NCBI GenBank assembly: GCA_964035545.1
Contig: CAXIUT010000012.1
Coordinates: 1 to 47,245 of the forward strand
DNA: 47,245 bases
Reading direction: 5' to 3'
DNA from: Bugula neritina
Taxonomy: Eukaryota > Animalia > Bryozoa
The notes below the pieces were generated by a model. The model was not told the origin of the DNA. It made no database searches and saw only the letters and a program-made list of their open reading frames with translations. Every line of letters starts with the position of its first letter. Positions within the stretch are counted from its first letter, which is position 1. This document shows positions 12,372 to 26,354 of the stretch, piece after piece. A program made the position numbers and the translations under genes.

Positions 12372-13906
12372 TCAAATGGTTTATGAATCCTCTATAAAGA
12401 ATGTTTTTATGATTCGTACAAGCCTCTTGTATACTTTTTCTGAGGGATGTTTTTGAAGACTTTCTATTCTCTAAAAAAATCCAGGAATTTGCTATAATTC
12501 TTTCATTACTACGTTATTCGAACTTATTTTGTTTCCTACTTGTAACAACTAAAATAAAGCATGCAATCCGCCATCTAGATTGATTGGATTTTCCTCTTCC
12601 ATCAAAAAAGAAGTCAATATCGATAAGAAGTTGTATTTTTTGATAATAGGATATATATTTTCTGGAATTCCAGTACTACAAAGATTCCCGATCACAAAGC
12701 TCACCTATTTTTTAACTTCTTAATTATCTCTTTATAAAAGAAAAGCCAATTTTTAAAATAATCTAGGATAGTTCAACAGTTGGTTGATTTGAGAAACTGT
12801 TCCCACACATAAATTAGAAACTATCCAACAAACCTATTTACGAATTCCTTGCTTTTGATGATCCAACAGAGATTAAAATACTTATAAACATCCACCTTGA
12901 AAAAGAGTCTCAGCCTGCAACTCGTTCCCGTTGCCTATATTTCCTAACACTCTTAATACTCCAGCTACTATCTTCACTGATTCTTTCTCTCGCAGTCTAT
13001 CAAACAAATGTCCAACAAACCCTTTTATACTTACAATATGTTAAATTCTAGTCTTCTGACTATCACTATTCGTAGCAATAGCCCAAAGACAACTAGTAAC
13101 TTCTTTCTCCTTCAATATCCCACTCATTACCAACTTCCCCATCACAGGAATAGAATTCTTTATTTTACTATACTTTGGCTTAGGATCACCTTTACAAAGA
13201 GTAGATAAAATCCAAGCACCTTGCTCAACTATCTCTGGCCGAGTAGAATCCTCAACTGCTTTTATAATAGTATCTAGCCCGCCTTTCTATAAGATAGCGT
13301 CTCTTAATTTAGGCGAGTCTGCTGCGATATTTCCCAATCCCCAAAGAGCCTGTTCAACAATATGAGGCTATTTTTCAGAGATAAGAGTGAGAAAGGTTTT
13401 TATTCCATCTTTATCAACCACTGATTGACACTAAGAAGACCTAGTATAGAGAATGTTGGTTAGGATCCATGTAGCTTATAGTTTTATTTGAGGAAATTGG
13501 TTTTAAGTCATCATAGTAAGCAAGACAGGTACAGTCCCTAAGTCAATAACTCTTTGAAAAAGTTCGATATTTTATTAATCTTATGCAACTAGTATTCTCA
13601 ATCCGATGATAGCCTGATGTCTTGCTTTTTAGTTGACATGAGTGAGACCTTTACAAAGTTCTTACAATTGAGAGAAATTGTAATGAACGTCCATAATTCT
13701 AAATACATCAAATAGTACTCTTAGATCATTTATCGTCTTGTTTAATCTACTATAATTTTGGGTTTAGAAGTAATCTAATCTTCCATAGAATAATTACTGA
13801 AATGATTGTTTCTTCTCTTCTTGAAAACCTGCTCTCTACTACCTTTTCTTATTTCTACTATCAAGCTCTACCTGCTTTGAATAAACTTTTACCCTTTCTC
13901 CTACAT
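12372..13906 (-). CDS. Importin alpha (karyopherin alpha)
   Basis: IBB-like RESLIVEIRKGSREQVFKKRRN; ARM motifs KLEATWILTNI, VEQALWGLGNIAADSPKLRD; C-terminal HPSEKVYKRLVRIIKTFF. Confidence 0.9.
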
Positions 13907-14132
13907 CAACAAAGTCAATTATATTATTATCTAAAACTATATTCAAAAATATTATTTAAAATTATATTCAAAAATATCTACAAAATCCCTGCTAAATATT
14001 CCTACTTCTACTATAAATTATTTTTGTTTTCTTTATGTTGATCTTTTATTTGTTGGAGCTGATGTTTATTTAGTTGAGATTTAATTTTTTGATAATGATT
14101 TGAGTATGAAGAGCTAGATAACTGATCGTTCG

Positions 14133-14749
14133 ATGAGTCAACTCACTGTAAAAGAAGACAAAGCTAAAGGAACCGACCTCTTTGAAAAGAAAGTCCTCTA
14201 CTAAGAAAGATAGTTCTACTAAACACGTTCAAAAAATCTTATCGGAAAAAAATGTCTCATCAAAAGTTCCAATAATATAGAAATATGTGACCATGCTATC
14301 CTTCACCAACGACTTATCCTTCGTGGAGACTTAGCCAAAGTCAGCATAGGGAAATACGTTATTTTATCGTAAATGGTCATCATAAAACCTCCAACCAAAA
14401 GACAAAACAAAGAACTAAGGTATGTTCCTATCAACATCGGTATTTCTACTTCTAGAAAGGCAACTATGTCTACATCGATAAGGGAACCATAATCGAAGCA
14501 ATGAGTCTGGGTAACTATATTAAAATCGGAAGAGATTGTATTTTAGGACAAAGAGTAGTAATAGGAGATAACGCTGTTATCCTGGACAACTCAATTGTCA
14601 ATCAGGATACCTATATTGCCCCATACTCAGTTTACGGAGGAAAACCAGCTGTCTATATGGGATAACTACCATAGACTTTTTCAGTAGTACAAAAAGAGAA
14701 CTGTCAAAAGTATTTTTAAAACTTTATCAAAAACCAACCAAACAAATGA
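14133..14749 (+). CDS. DCTN5: Dynactin subunit 5 (p25)
   Basis: FYETRSKNLI...ILRGDLAKVSIGKY...IKPP...PINI|GNYVYI...IGRDCILG left-handed beta-helix; intron 14440-14459. Confidence 0.85.
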
Positions 14750-14962
14750 TCTTATCTCATAGCTATATCTTAATTTACCTCATGTAGTTCCTTTGATATC
14801 TAAATCTCCATCAAAATAGTCTTAAAATTAATATTAAGAGAGATTTTTTATCAAATGAAGAAAATAAGTTGATTAAAGGCATATTTTACCAAATAAATAA
14901 GATTAATATCATTGCAGTTGTTACTACTGACTATAGAGATATGTGTAAATAACTAATAAAGA

Positions 14963-15934
14963 ATGAGATGGAACAAGTTTGTGGTCTAAGAACCAAATCA
15001 AAGCATAGATCATTCTCCTGCCTCCTTTCTCTCTTCCTCTAAAATCTCTTCTTCCTCAAAACAAAACAGATTTGGTCTCAAGTCCTGCGAGAAAGCCAAA
15101 CTCACTCATTCTCTCATAAGTCAACACATCATAAATTAACAATAAAATATCAATGACTCAGCCATACGTAAAATGATCAGTCAAATATCCATAAAACAAG
15201 AACCAGAACCTGTTTCAAAAGATGGAAACACTCCTCTTCTGAATAAAAAATCAACCAACATCAACAAAGAAGATCAATAACTTAAATAATTAACTGAAAA
15301 CTTCATTTTAGAGTTTGAAAACTTTCTAGCAGACTTCTTTAACAAGTACGACACAATCAAAGTTGACAAAAACAAAAAAGATATGCTGAAACAGACTTTC
15401 ATTTAGACTATTCAAGAAACAATCAATAAATGTCTAGTCAACTAACTACCTGTTCTAAATCACTCGCTTGCAACTAAACAATCGATGCCTAACCTTAATA
15501 CTCCTAATAACAAAATACTTGTCTCGAACAAAGTTATAAGTCCGAGTAATAGATACGTCTCCTTTGCTGTACAGTTCAAAAACCAAAAGATAATGTAAAA
15601 AAATGGCCTTCCTCTGGATCAATCAAACGATTAGCTTAGTAAATTATTAAACAATCAATAAAGAGGAAGAAGTAGCTAAAAGATAGAAAGAAAGAGTGAA
15701 GATAAAATCAAAGAAGGGAAGATAGAAAGAAAGAGTGAAGATAGAATCAAAGAAGGGAAGCTAATAACAAGAACTTCTCGTGTAAAAAAGAATCGAAAGT
15801 AGAGATCTTTTGATTGTTCTGGATAAGATATAATGGAAAGAAGTCTAAATGACAGCCGTCGTAGTTCTAGAAGTCGTTTAAAGGCAAGAGATGCTCTCTA
15901 CCAGTTCAACAAAGTTCTTAATTATAACAATTGA
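14963..15934 (+). CDS. Hypothetical protein (323 aa) with an internal 39-bp duplication
   Basis: Uninterrupted TAR=Glu ORF; KIERKSED(K/R)IKEG twice at about 15679-15760. Confidence 0.6.
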
Positions 15935-16053
15935 TCAAATCAATTTATCACTACTTATATCATATTGTCTATTACTCAATTAAATGCTATTTGATTTCGA
16001 GTATTTCTTTAAGAAATCAATAAAGATGAAGTTATCAATTGATAGTCAATGTA

Positions 16054-18404
16054 TCATTCATATCCCATTCCTCTTTTGGGAATACTAGCAGCTCTACTCT
16101 AAACATCGTCTCTGACAATCAACACTGCCTATAATAGTTCAGAGGCCTTATCAGGAAATACTTCTGCTACTTTAGTAGGTAACACCTAAAATTATTTACC
16201 TTTCTTCATTAACAAATCAACAATTATATTGAACTTATTCTTTAACTTCTACATAAATGTCTTGGATGTGCATTAACTAAACTAGTCAGCAAACTTGATA
16301 AAAACAGTTCTATCTTTCTTTATTATTTAAGTGAAAGCCACTCTAGAATTGAATACTGACCTAAATAGTTAAAAAATGACCTGAATCATTGAAGAAATAC
16401 CTAAATATACCAAGAAAAGTACCTGATTTAGTGAATACTATCTGGATTTATTCGTTTTGAAGTAGCACCTAAGTTACAATACTTTATTTCCATATTATTA
16501 TGAGCTTTATATAATATTTTAGTAAATATTATAAACTGTTCTATGTAGGCATTTACCACATATTAAAGTGTATCTTTAACCACCATTCTATAGTGTATAA
16601 TATTGATAATCAAACTCTGACTCTATATATCTGCCAACTAAGCAGTGACTGTTTTAAGAATATTAGCCATCGTTTGACAAGATTTGTCATTTAGCCACTT
16701 CAAACTAAAGAGTTGAGGATAAAACTAGCGTAGCACATTCATCAGTATCACCTAGATTACCATTCCAATAAACCGAGGAATCGATTGGTTGAATTCTGCC
16801 TTACATCATTGATACCTAAATCTAATAATAACAACCTTTTTGGACTTCAGTAAAAAATATTTTTTAAATTCTAGTCTTATACTATTAACTCACGTACTCA
16901 GCAAACACCTCCTTAGATTCTCCTGCATGCTTCAAACATTCATTATAGTCATTGATATAGAGAATCAGTTTGTACTAAAAGTCAACCAACTGATCCTAGT
17001 TATACATAGGCTTGATCTCCTCTCTCCATTCTTCTTCTATCAATCCAACCTCTCCTCTCTGAACATCATTCACTGTCTCAGTTATACACTATATAAGACT
17101 GATAGTACTCTAACAAATTAGATAAAGATCTCTCCTTTGAGTTGATCTTTGATAACTTCTGCTTCCTGATTGATGAACCTGAAAATATCTGAAGGAAACA
17201 TAGATATAAGATCTGCTCCATCTCTCAATATTTATTAATAATATTTTCTATTAAATTTTTTTTTATCCTATTCTAGTGCTCCTTCAATGTAATCCACCAC
17301 TATCTTTTTATTATGGTCAATGAAATAGGGCATCAATATCTTTACTTTTGATTTTAAGTTAGCCAAATTAGTACTATCCACTCCTGCTCTAGATAACATG
17401 GTCTAGTATTCATCAATCCAACCTAGAAGAATAACTAGATGTCCATATTGCTTTTCTTCCTATATTTGATCAAAATAAGGAATAATCTAAGTCTATATTT
17501 GATGTTGGTAACTGGCTTGATATAGTTGCATTATTGGAAAATCAGAAGGAAAGTAAGGCTGCACATAGTCGTTCACATCAACTAGATCTTTTGTTGCAAA
17601 TTTAGCCTTCTGAATTATTCCGATCAAATCATCTTCATCAGCCAACTGCTCTTTAAAACGAACCTAAATAGATTACTCAATAACTGCCTTCGCCCTCTAT
17701 CTCATTATCTTTTATTTACCCTTAATATCCAACGCTTTATCATATGCTTAGATTACTTTAACAGCCATTCTGAGAGTTTAGGGCTTTTACTTACCGAATT
17801 TGATACAGTCTGTGAAGGTAAGAAAGATTCTATCGAAAAAGGTGGTTTAGAAGTTATTGACTTTAACAAATTATTTTCTCATAATAGATGTTTATCTTTG
17901 CCATGAAGAATCATCAAGCAGAGCATCTCTTAGCTCTATCAAGTTAAGCAATTTATTACCAACTATTAGATATTTCGTTTAATCCTAGGCCAGCTTTTAA
18001 AGATTCTGCATCTAGGACTACATGTCAATAAAATACGACAGTTGCTCAATCACTTTACCAACATTGCTTTGACAAACATGCAATGTTATTATATCTTCCA
18101 TAAAATCGTGAAATTATGACTGCTATCGCCATAAATCATTCAATTTATCACTATGCTATTAGGCCTACTTCATGTAGTTGTTAGCCTATTGAACTGATTC
18201 TTTAGATTGCTTTATACACTATATCTACCATCTTATCGCCTTACTCAGTTGACTATCCAGTTTCACCTGCTTCTTTTAGTATTCATTCAGCAAAAGAGAT
18301 ATCTTCTAAGGATTTGAATATGACTTGTCAGAAAACACCTTCGAAAGCACCTTCTATGCCTCCTTTACCACTGCTCTCTCGTCTAAAAATTTGTACAAAT
18401 CCAT
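16054..18404 (-). CDS. SEC6: Exocyst component Sec6/EXOC3-like
   Basis: N-terminus EKISLLLNEYEKKQVKLDSQLSKAI...NVGKVIEQL...LLNLIELRDALL and C-terminus VFPDKASELLEAVLIVRDD resemble Sec6; about 780 aa, helical. Confidence 0.65.
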
Positions 18405-18558
18405 CAGTCTAATTATATTATCAATCAATCCATCAATTAATCAATCAATCAATCAATCAATGACATTAAATTCATTCCTAATCTTTAAAGGTAAATTAGT
18501 AAATCCTTTGAAGTTTATATTATTTATTATCTACTCATTACAATTTGGTCGCTTTACA

Positions 18559-19797
18559 ATGAATTACTTTCACAATAACCCAGAATAACATATCTGGCTG
18601 CCTATACAACAATCACACTACTAATACCTCTCTAGCTCCTTCACTCACTCCAACTCAGCCTCACTCCATCTAGCCAAAGACCAGCAGCAAGTGTATGCTA
18701 TAAAATTTTATAAAGGAGAGCAGGAGCCAAGTTGTGTGATTGATGATCTTTTGGGACTAAAGCTGAATAATGTGGTTGAGTTTATAGCAGTCGGAAGATA
18801 GAATCAAAGATATGTGGTGATGTAGTTATGCTCGTATAATTTAAGAAGTTACTAGTTATCAAAAAGGAGTGGGGTTCGTAGCAGATAGGTTTGTAGGATA
18901 GGATTTCAGATAGTGAATGGACTAAAATAGCTGCAAATGAATAGAGTTATCCATGCAGATCTAAAGCCATAAAATATAGTGATATCACAAACAAAGACAA
19001 TAAAGATATGTGACATCGACTACTCTTTCAAGTAAAGTTAGTCTTAATTTAGATAAAGCTTAGCTAAATAAAGAAATAAAAGAATAGGCACATTTGAATA
19101 CATGGCTCCTTAAGTTTTACTATCCGGATAGGCTAGCTATCAATCAGATATTTGGAGTTTAGGTTTAGTCTTGTTCTAGCTATATTTTGGATATCTACCA
19201 TGGAATACACCCAATCTATAAAGACATCAATAATAGCACTTCATTAATTACTACCAACTCATCAAACTCTCACTCCATTCAGTCAGATCGAAAATCATCA
19301 ACTTAAAATCATCAACATCCTAAAAATATATCACTATCCTCATGAATCTAATACTCGATTGCCTTGTATTCTAACCTCAATCAAGAATCACACTTAAAAA
19401 CATATCGATACCTTAAATATATTATCTTTAATAAATAAAAATCAATCACAAAATGCTTTATAAAATATTTTGTAATCTTATTAATGATATAAATTAACTA
19501 CATCCTACAGACATCTTTATCAAAAAAACTAATAAACTTTCTTCCTCTCTGACTCAACTTACTACCTTTTTGAAAGACCATCCATCTCACCTTTAATTAT
19601 CAACTCTATTATCGTAGTTCAAAGAATAAGCTTGTAAAATAAGCAAAATAATAAGAAATAACTATCAAAGATTAGAAAATAAGACCCCTTTACCCATCTG
19701 GTAGCATAAATTAAATCTAGCATAGCACCTTTAAATCGCATATAACTACCTTTAAAATTATAAAACATAGAATCCTTCATTAACCACTCTTCATTGA
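18559..19797 (+). CDS. Divergent Ser/Thr protein kinase (start may be at 18460)
   Basis: VYAIK, YVVMELC, IHADLKPENI, KICDID, GTFEYMAPE, SDIWSLG; no GxGxxG loop. Confidence 0.88.
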
Positions 19798-20024
19798 ACC
19801 GTTGAAAAACAAATCATTTATTCAAGTGATTAAATTCATTCATATCAATATATCTTCATCTTAATCATAATTATACCATCTTTAAATCCAAATAAAGTCC
19901 TTAAACTATTTGATCTTCTCATTTACTTATTAAATACTATCAAATCTCTTCAAAACCATTCCTGATCCTCTTTAAAATAAAGTTTAGATAGAAACCGATA
20001 TTACTCCTTTTATTATTTTATTCT

Positions 20025-23000
20025 ATGTTGGCCATAGATATCAACAGTAAAAGAACTCTACGTAAACTATCTTCTATCAAGCCATCACCTAGTACGATCT
20101 CTCCTACCTCCCAGAAGACATCGAAGGATAGTGCACTCTCCTAGCAGTTCAAACCATCATCAGCAGCACAATCAAGCTAGTCTTTGTCATCGTCCTCTCC
20201 ATCCTCACACTTGGAATACCTCTCCTACTCATGCACTGGTATTTCACCATCAATATAGGTGTCCTGGACTCAAAAGAAGACTACTCTACTCATATTGCCA
20301 CTTCGATTAAGCCTCTCACTTCTACATCTAAAACTACGACAACTAAATTTCAATCGTTCCTAAACAGCAAGCTACCTTCTTCGATGGAATATCAGAACAG
20401 ACATCTTTTTACTTTATCAATCGCTACCTCAAATATAGAGTCATAGATGACACCATACAAGTCCTGAAGTATAAAGAAAAGCCAAGGATAGCTCAAACCA
20501 TGGAAAAAGAATCAGTAGATGGACAAAAAAAAGATAAAGGATGGTCCACTGCCAAAGCTAATCAACTAGAATAAGCATTTGGACCTGGAGCCATGATTAT
20601 CGATCAACCAACTGTTTTCGATATCTTTGTCAAATAAATATTCAGACCTCTCTACATCTTCTTGATCTTAAATGTGGCCTTGCAGTTATAAATATAGTAC
20701 TATTTCTACTGTATTGTAATCACTATTAGTGCAATATTGGGAGTGGTGATGACAATAATCGAAGTTAGAAGAGTCAACAAACAGATCTATTAAATGTCTT
20801 TTTACTAAGTTCCTCTCCAAGTGCTCAGAAACAACTCAATCAATGAAGTTTCATCTTTGCACATTATACCCGGAGATATTGTTTTTCTCAACAAAACAAT
20901 CAGAATGCCTTTCTAAGGAGTCCTTTTAGAAGGATAAATGCTGATCAACTAATGTGTTCTCACAGGATAGTCAGTTCCAGTTGTTAAAAAAGCAGAACAT
21001 ATTGATAATCTACAAAGCAAGGAAGGATAGGTTGATAAATCAGGAGTCGTTTTCGAAGGAACTACTATTGTTCAAATAAATTCTAAAAAGAAAATGCATA
21101 TTTGGTAAAAGTATAGAGAATAGTATGGAGTGCCAGTATGTGTCACAAAGACCAACTTTGTCACTCTTAAAGGACAGCTTATCCGAAAGATCCTTTATCC
21201 AAACAAAGTGTAGAATCAATTTCAACAATAATCCACTAAATTTCTTCTTTTCCTGTTCTTTCTCACTCTCATCTCCTACACTCTCCTAATCTTACACCTC
21301 TACAAGTATATCAGCCCTTGGACTCTTCTCAAAAGAGGCTTAGACCTCATCACCATCACTGTTCCTCCTACTCTTCCCATCAGCATGACGATTGGTATAG
21401 TTTATGCCATCAGAAAGCTAAAAAATAAATAAATCTACACCATCTCTCCAAATCAACTCATTGAAGGAGGAGTCCTAGATACCATGTGCTTTGATAAAAC
21501 TGGTACTTTAACCATCGATACTATGTAATTTAAATCTCTGGTCTTAGCCAATTCTGACTCCTTCTAAGATACTTTAGAAGTGGCTCATTTCAAAAAGCCA
21601 TAAAAGCTAGCAGACAACTTAAGATTATCTATTACCAACATGGCTTGCAATCATACAGTAGTCAAATTATAATAAACCCAATAACTAATAGGAGACCCTA
21701 TGGAAATATAGCTTCTTAAATTTAGTGAGGTTTCGTTAAGCAGTTAGACTAATAACCCCTTTATCCTGTTTTTATTTTAAGGAAAATACTGTTCTGGGTA
21801 GGTTTACAAAAGGTATGACTTCGATTCATCTCTTCAAAGAATGAGTGTTATATGTAGATTAGATGAAGATCAAACCTATATATTTTCAAAGGGATCTCCA
21901 TAAATAATGCAAGCCATTATGAATCAATCTTCTATTCCTTCCAACTATAAGTCTAAATTAAGATAATTTGCTTCATCTGGATTTAGAATTCTAGCCATTG
22001 CCAGTAAAAAACTATCAGATGACTGGAAAAGTATGAGTAGAGATTAACTTTAAACCAATATGTCATTTAATGGCTTTTAAATCTTCTAAAACGGACTCAA
22101 ACCTCAAACCAGAACAGCTATATAAGAACTAAGAACAGTTGACATCAACCCAGTAATGATAACAGGAGATAATCCTATTACTGCCTCAAATATCAGCTAC
22201 CAATCAGCTATTCTAGACCCGAACACTAAAACTATTATTGTCGATCTCAATTAAAAATAATTCGTATAATAGTAGTTTAGCTACTCATGCCAAGACCTTA
22301 AAGAAATCAGCTTCTCCAGATAAGTTTTCTACCGATCTAGTATTAAAGGATAAAACTGCCATACTTCAGAACTACAATATGCAGATAACCTTCTATAAAA
22401 AGTACAATAAAATAACTATAATGTCTGTCTCACAGGAAAAGCCTTTCACCTTCTCTTTGGAACAGTCTAAGTTGATAAAAAATAGCCTCTTCATCCAATC
22501 CTCAGAGATCTACTAGAAGCAACTCAAATATTTGCTAGGACAAAGCCATATGACAAGTCCAACGTTGTCGTAATGTATCAAAATCTAGGAAGAATAGTAG
22601 GATTTTGCGGAGATGGAGCCAATGATTGTGCAGCTCTCAGTAAAGCCAACCTAGGTCTCTCTCTTTCTGAAACAGAAGCCTCTATTGCTGCTGCCTTTAC
22701 AGCCAAACAAAGACATATCGGCTCCATGGTTGAACTTATCAAATAAAGCAGAGCAGGACTTGCTACGAACTTCTCACTCTTCAACATCATGGCTTGTTAT
22801 GCCTTAACTCAATACACTTCTTCAGTTATGGATCAATTCTTTTTTGCATATCCAGCTGATTTCCAGTTTGTTTATCAAGATCTTTTCCTTAACTTGGCCT
22901 TCGTCTTCCTTCTAGGTACTTCATTCATTATTCAGGCAATATTGGAACTGCCGAGACTCTTTGTAAATAAAAACCAAGTGCTACTCTCTTCTCAGTCGCA

Positions 23001-23534
23001 AATATCACACAATTGATCGTCTACCATTTAACCCAAAGTGCTGCACAGATATTGGTAGTTCTAGCAGCAGCAGGACCCTTTGCTGATACTCTTAACTATT
23101 ATTAGATATCAGGTCAAGACACTAACTACAAAAGATATTTGAAGGATGGATCAGGAGACTTTTTGATGGGCTCAACTGAAAACAATGCAGCTTTTCTGGT
23201 GGGAAACTTTTTTTTACTGGCATCAGTGATGGGATTCATCATTACTAAGCCTTGGAAGCAATAATTTTACACTTATTGGCCATTTGCTTTACTCTATGTC
23301 ATTGCAGTTATTTATAACATCCTGATAACTGTAATTCCAGCAACAAGACTATCAATATTCAAGTTGACATATATCAACAGTCAGAGTTATTGTAATTTTT
23401 TGCTAGGAGTATCTCTTGGAGTGAGTATTTTGGTCATATTTATGCAAAAATGTGTGTTAATTCCTCTATTCAGATATACAAAAGAAGCAAAATAAGAATA
23501 AGAAAAGTAAAAAAGAAGATCCAAAATTAAATGA
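20025..23534 (+). CDS. P5B-type P-type ATPase (ATP13A/Ypk9 family)
   Basis: LTGESVP, TVPPTLP, FDKTGTLT, GDPMEIELL, KGSPE, MITGDN, FCGDGANDC; introns 20062-20081, 20239-20258, 22916-22935; 1149 aa. Confidence 0.95.
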
Positions 23535-23603
23535 TCTTTTTCATAACTAATACTTAATGATCTTTTCATAACTAATACTTAATGATCTTATTAACTAATA
23601 CTT
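23530..23603. repeat. Minisatellite, ~26 bp x3, starting at the ATPase stop codon
   Basis: aatgatctttt(t)cataactaatactt units. Confidence 0.8.
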
Positions 23604-23637
23604 ACAGTCATCAATAATCATAAATTAAATCAATATT

Positions 23638-23746
23638 TTACTATTGATTTTTATAGAATTTGATTACTATTGATTTTTATAGAATTTGATTACTATTGAT
23701 TTTTATAGAATTTGATTACTATTGATTTTTATAGAATTTGATTACT
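23638..23746. repeat. Perfect minisatellite, 26 bp x4.2
   Basis: ttactattgatttttatagaatttga repeated head-to-tail with no spacers. Confidence 0.95.
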
Positions 23747-23799
23747 TAAATTATGTATGGCTTATCTAAATAAATCAATTTGATAAGAATAATAGCGCA

Positions 23800-25077
23800 A
23801 TGACTGAACAAATTTCTCCTTAAGATCAAGAGTTCTAAAGTTTCATAACTGCAATCAAAGCAGGGTACTTCATCATAAACCTAGATCAATAGATTAAGTT
23901 TAAAAGATCCTTAGAACTGCTTCTCCAGACATCGTCAAACGCATAGAGCCACAATTCAGACAACCAGCTCTCTACTTCGCAGCCCTTGCCTCAGAAGATG
24001 AATAGTCTTTAGCACTCATCAAGTTGTTAGTCAGAAACGGAGCCAACCTTAAATTCAAAGATAGAAATGAGCAAAATATCCTCTTCTACATTTGCAGAGA
24101 TGGTAAATTTATATCTATTCAGGCAAATACAAATGTGCAGAATTGCTTCTTACTTATGGATTGAGTCTCGATGAAGTAGACGTCTATGGACAGACTCCTA
24201 TGTTCTATGCTGTCAGTTAAAACCGCCTTTAAATGGTAAATGCCTACGCCACCATAGGTAATTTTAATAAGAGATAGAAAGAGTTAACCATGTGGATACA
24301 CTTGCCAAACAAAGTCCTCTTTTCTATGCAGCCAGAAAAGGACATTTTTAAATGACTAAAATACTCTTAGAAAAAGGAGCAGATATAACCCTTCAAGATT
24401 CACATGGAAAATACGTTATGTAATATGCCAAAAAAGCAAAATTCCACGACCTGGCCTAATACCTCACCACTGAATTCAAAAAGGTAAAAGATCTTGGGAA
24501 AAGCAATGATCCCAGTCAAGAACAAATGCCTGAAAAGAAGAACAGAAGAAAAGAAGATCCCTTTAAAGAAATGAAACAAACTTATCGGCTAGTTGTCTAT
24601 AATGGAAAGGGATAAACGCATGAACTAACCGAAGAAGAAGTCAAACAACTCGCTACATCTAATAATGAACTTTCATAATTCTTGGCCAATCCAGACTCAA
24701 TTCCAGCTGAATGCTTAGAGAGCACTTAAAATTAAACCTGGGAAAAAGTAGCCAATAAAATACTCAACAATTGTCTAAAACTCAAAGGAGCTTTCTACTT
24801 CAAAGAACCTGTTGATCCAGTCAAACTTAGTATCATGGACTACTTCGATATCATTACTGAACCTATGGACCTAGGATCAATTCAAAAAAAATTAAGTCAT
24901 AACTGCTATAAATAAGCAAAAGATTTCATCAGAGACATGAATTTGGTATGGAATAATAGCTATCGCTACAATGGAGAAGAACATATAGTGAGCAAATGTG
25001 GAAAAGAACTGGAAAGTTCCTTCAAGGAACTAGTCCAATCAAATGGTCTTGAAAAGTACTTGTCAGATAGTCAATGA
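23800..25077 (+). CDS. Ankyrin-repeat plus bromodomain protein
   Basis: Ankyrin repeats (DRNEQNILFYICRDG, DVYGQTPMFYAV, KQSPLFYAARKGH); bromodomain FKEPVDPVKLSIMDYFDIITEPMDLGSI...VWNNSYRYN; introns 23865-23884, 24103-24122, 24258-24277. Confidence 0.92.
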
Positions 25078-25174
25078 TGTCTACATTTTGAAAATAATCT
25101 TATCTATGACAAAAAACAAATATCTTTAAACAACTATATATTAGAGAGTAGATTTTAATTATTATATTCGTTAA

Positions 25175-26298
25175 ATGATATACTAAGGCAAAAACTATCG
25201 CTCTCTATCATATATCCAAAAGTAACAACTCCTAGGGCGTTAGTCCAAAAATTTGAAAGAAAGATAAACTAAAGAGAACAAATAGAACAACAATCAACTC
25301 AACTTCCCTCTGCATCAAAAACTCAAAGAACAACCACAGACCAAACTCATCGATCATCTCAACATACAGAACCCTCTGACCACATTTGAACCATCTCTAG
25401 CTGCACTCGAGCCATCTCTGCCTGAACTTAAGCTCGAACAAGCCATAAGTCAAAGCACAGATTACTCGATCCCAGAACAACTCAAAAAGTGTTATTCTGA
25501 AGCTATTGCCAAAGACTACTCGGAAAACATTCTAAGTCATATCATCAAGAGTCCAAATCATAGAGGATTGCTGAGTTCTCATAAGATCACTGCTTCTCTC
25601 AGATCGAAAATGGTGGATTGGATGATTGAAGTGTTATCATCCTACAAAATGAGTTAATAAACCTTTTTCAGAAGCATATATCTGATGGATACTTATCTCC
25701 AGAACTGTAGTTAGGTCCTTTAAGTCAAAGATCTTCATCTAGTTGGAGTGGCTGCTATGTTTTCAGCTTCTAAGTACTAAGAAATCCACCCTTTAAAATT
25801 GAACACTCTTTACGAGAAAATATCAAGAAAAAAGTTCAAAAAGAGCTAAATTCTTTAAAAAGAATCACAAATAGTAAAGACTTTGAACTTTAAGCTTGAA
25901 GTGTCTTCGCTCTACGACATCTCTCGTCACACAGTAGGTACTTTTCAATCTATTCAGAATAGCTTAAACTAGACTTGTCATCAACTTCTTCTGTCTACTT
26001 CAACAAAATCATTCTTTATCTCTCGAAAATGTGTCTATTTAAGCAAGAACTCGCTGAATAGACTCCTTCTCTTTTAGCTTGTGGAGTGATCTTCATAGCT
26101 CTTAAAACTCTTTAGCAAGTTGACAGCAAAACCTAGCCTGAAAGCAGACTTAATTCAATCAGTTATTTATTGAGAATCGATGAAGATAAGATATTAGAAA
26201 TGAGTAAAAAAGTACTATAATTGGCAAAGAACTTCAGCAAAGTCTATCCAGCTTTAACCAACCTCAAAAAGTTCAATAAATTCTAATATGGAATTTGA
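25175..26298 (+). CDS. A/B-type cyclin, copy 1
   Basis: Cyclin box LRSKMVDWMIEV...ETFFRSIYLMDTYL...LHLVGVAAMFSASKYEEIHP; intron 25938-25957. Confidence 0.93.
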
Positions 26299-26354
26299 GT
26301 GATTAATTATATTTAGTTTAATAAATATATCATTTTAATTATTATATTCGTTAA

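Noticed and set aside
23638-23746. CRISPR-like array
   Set aside because: The 26-bp units are contiguous with no spacers, and the DNA is eukaryotic.
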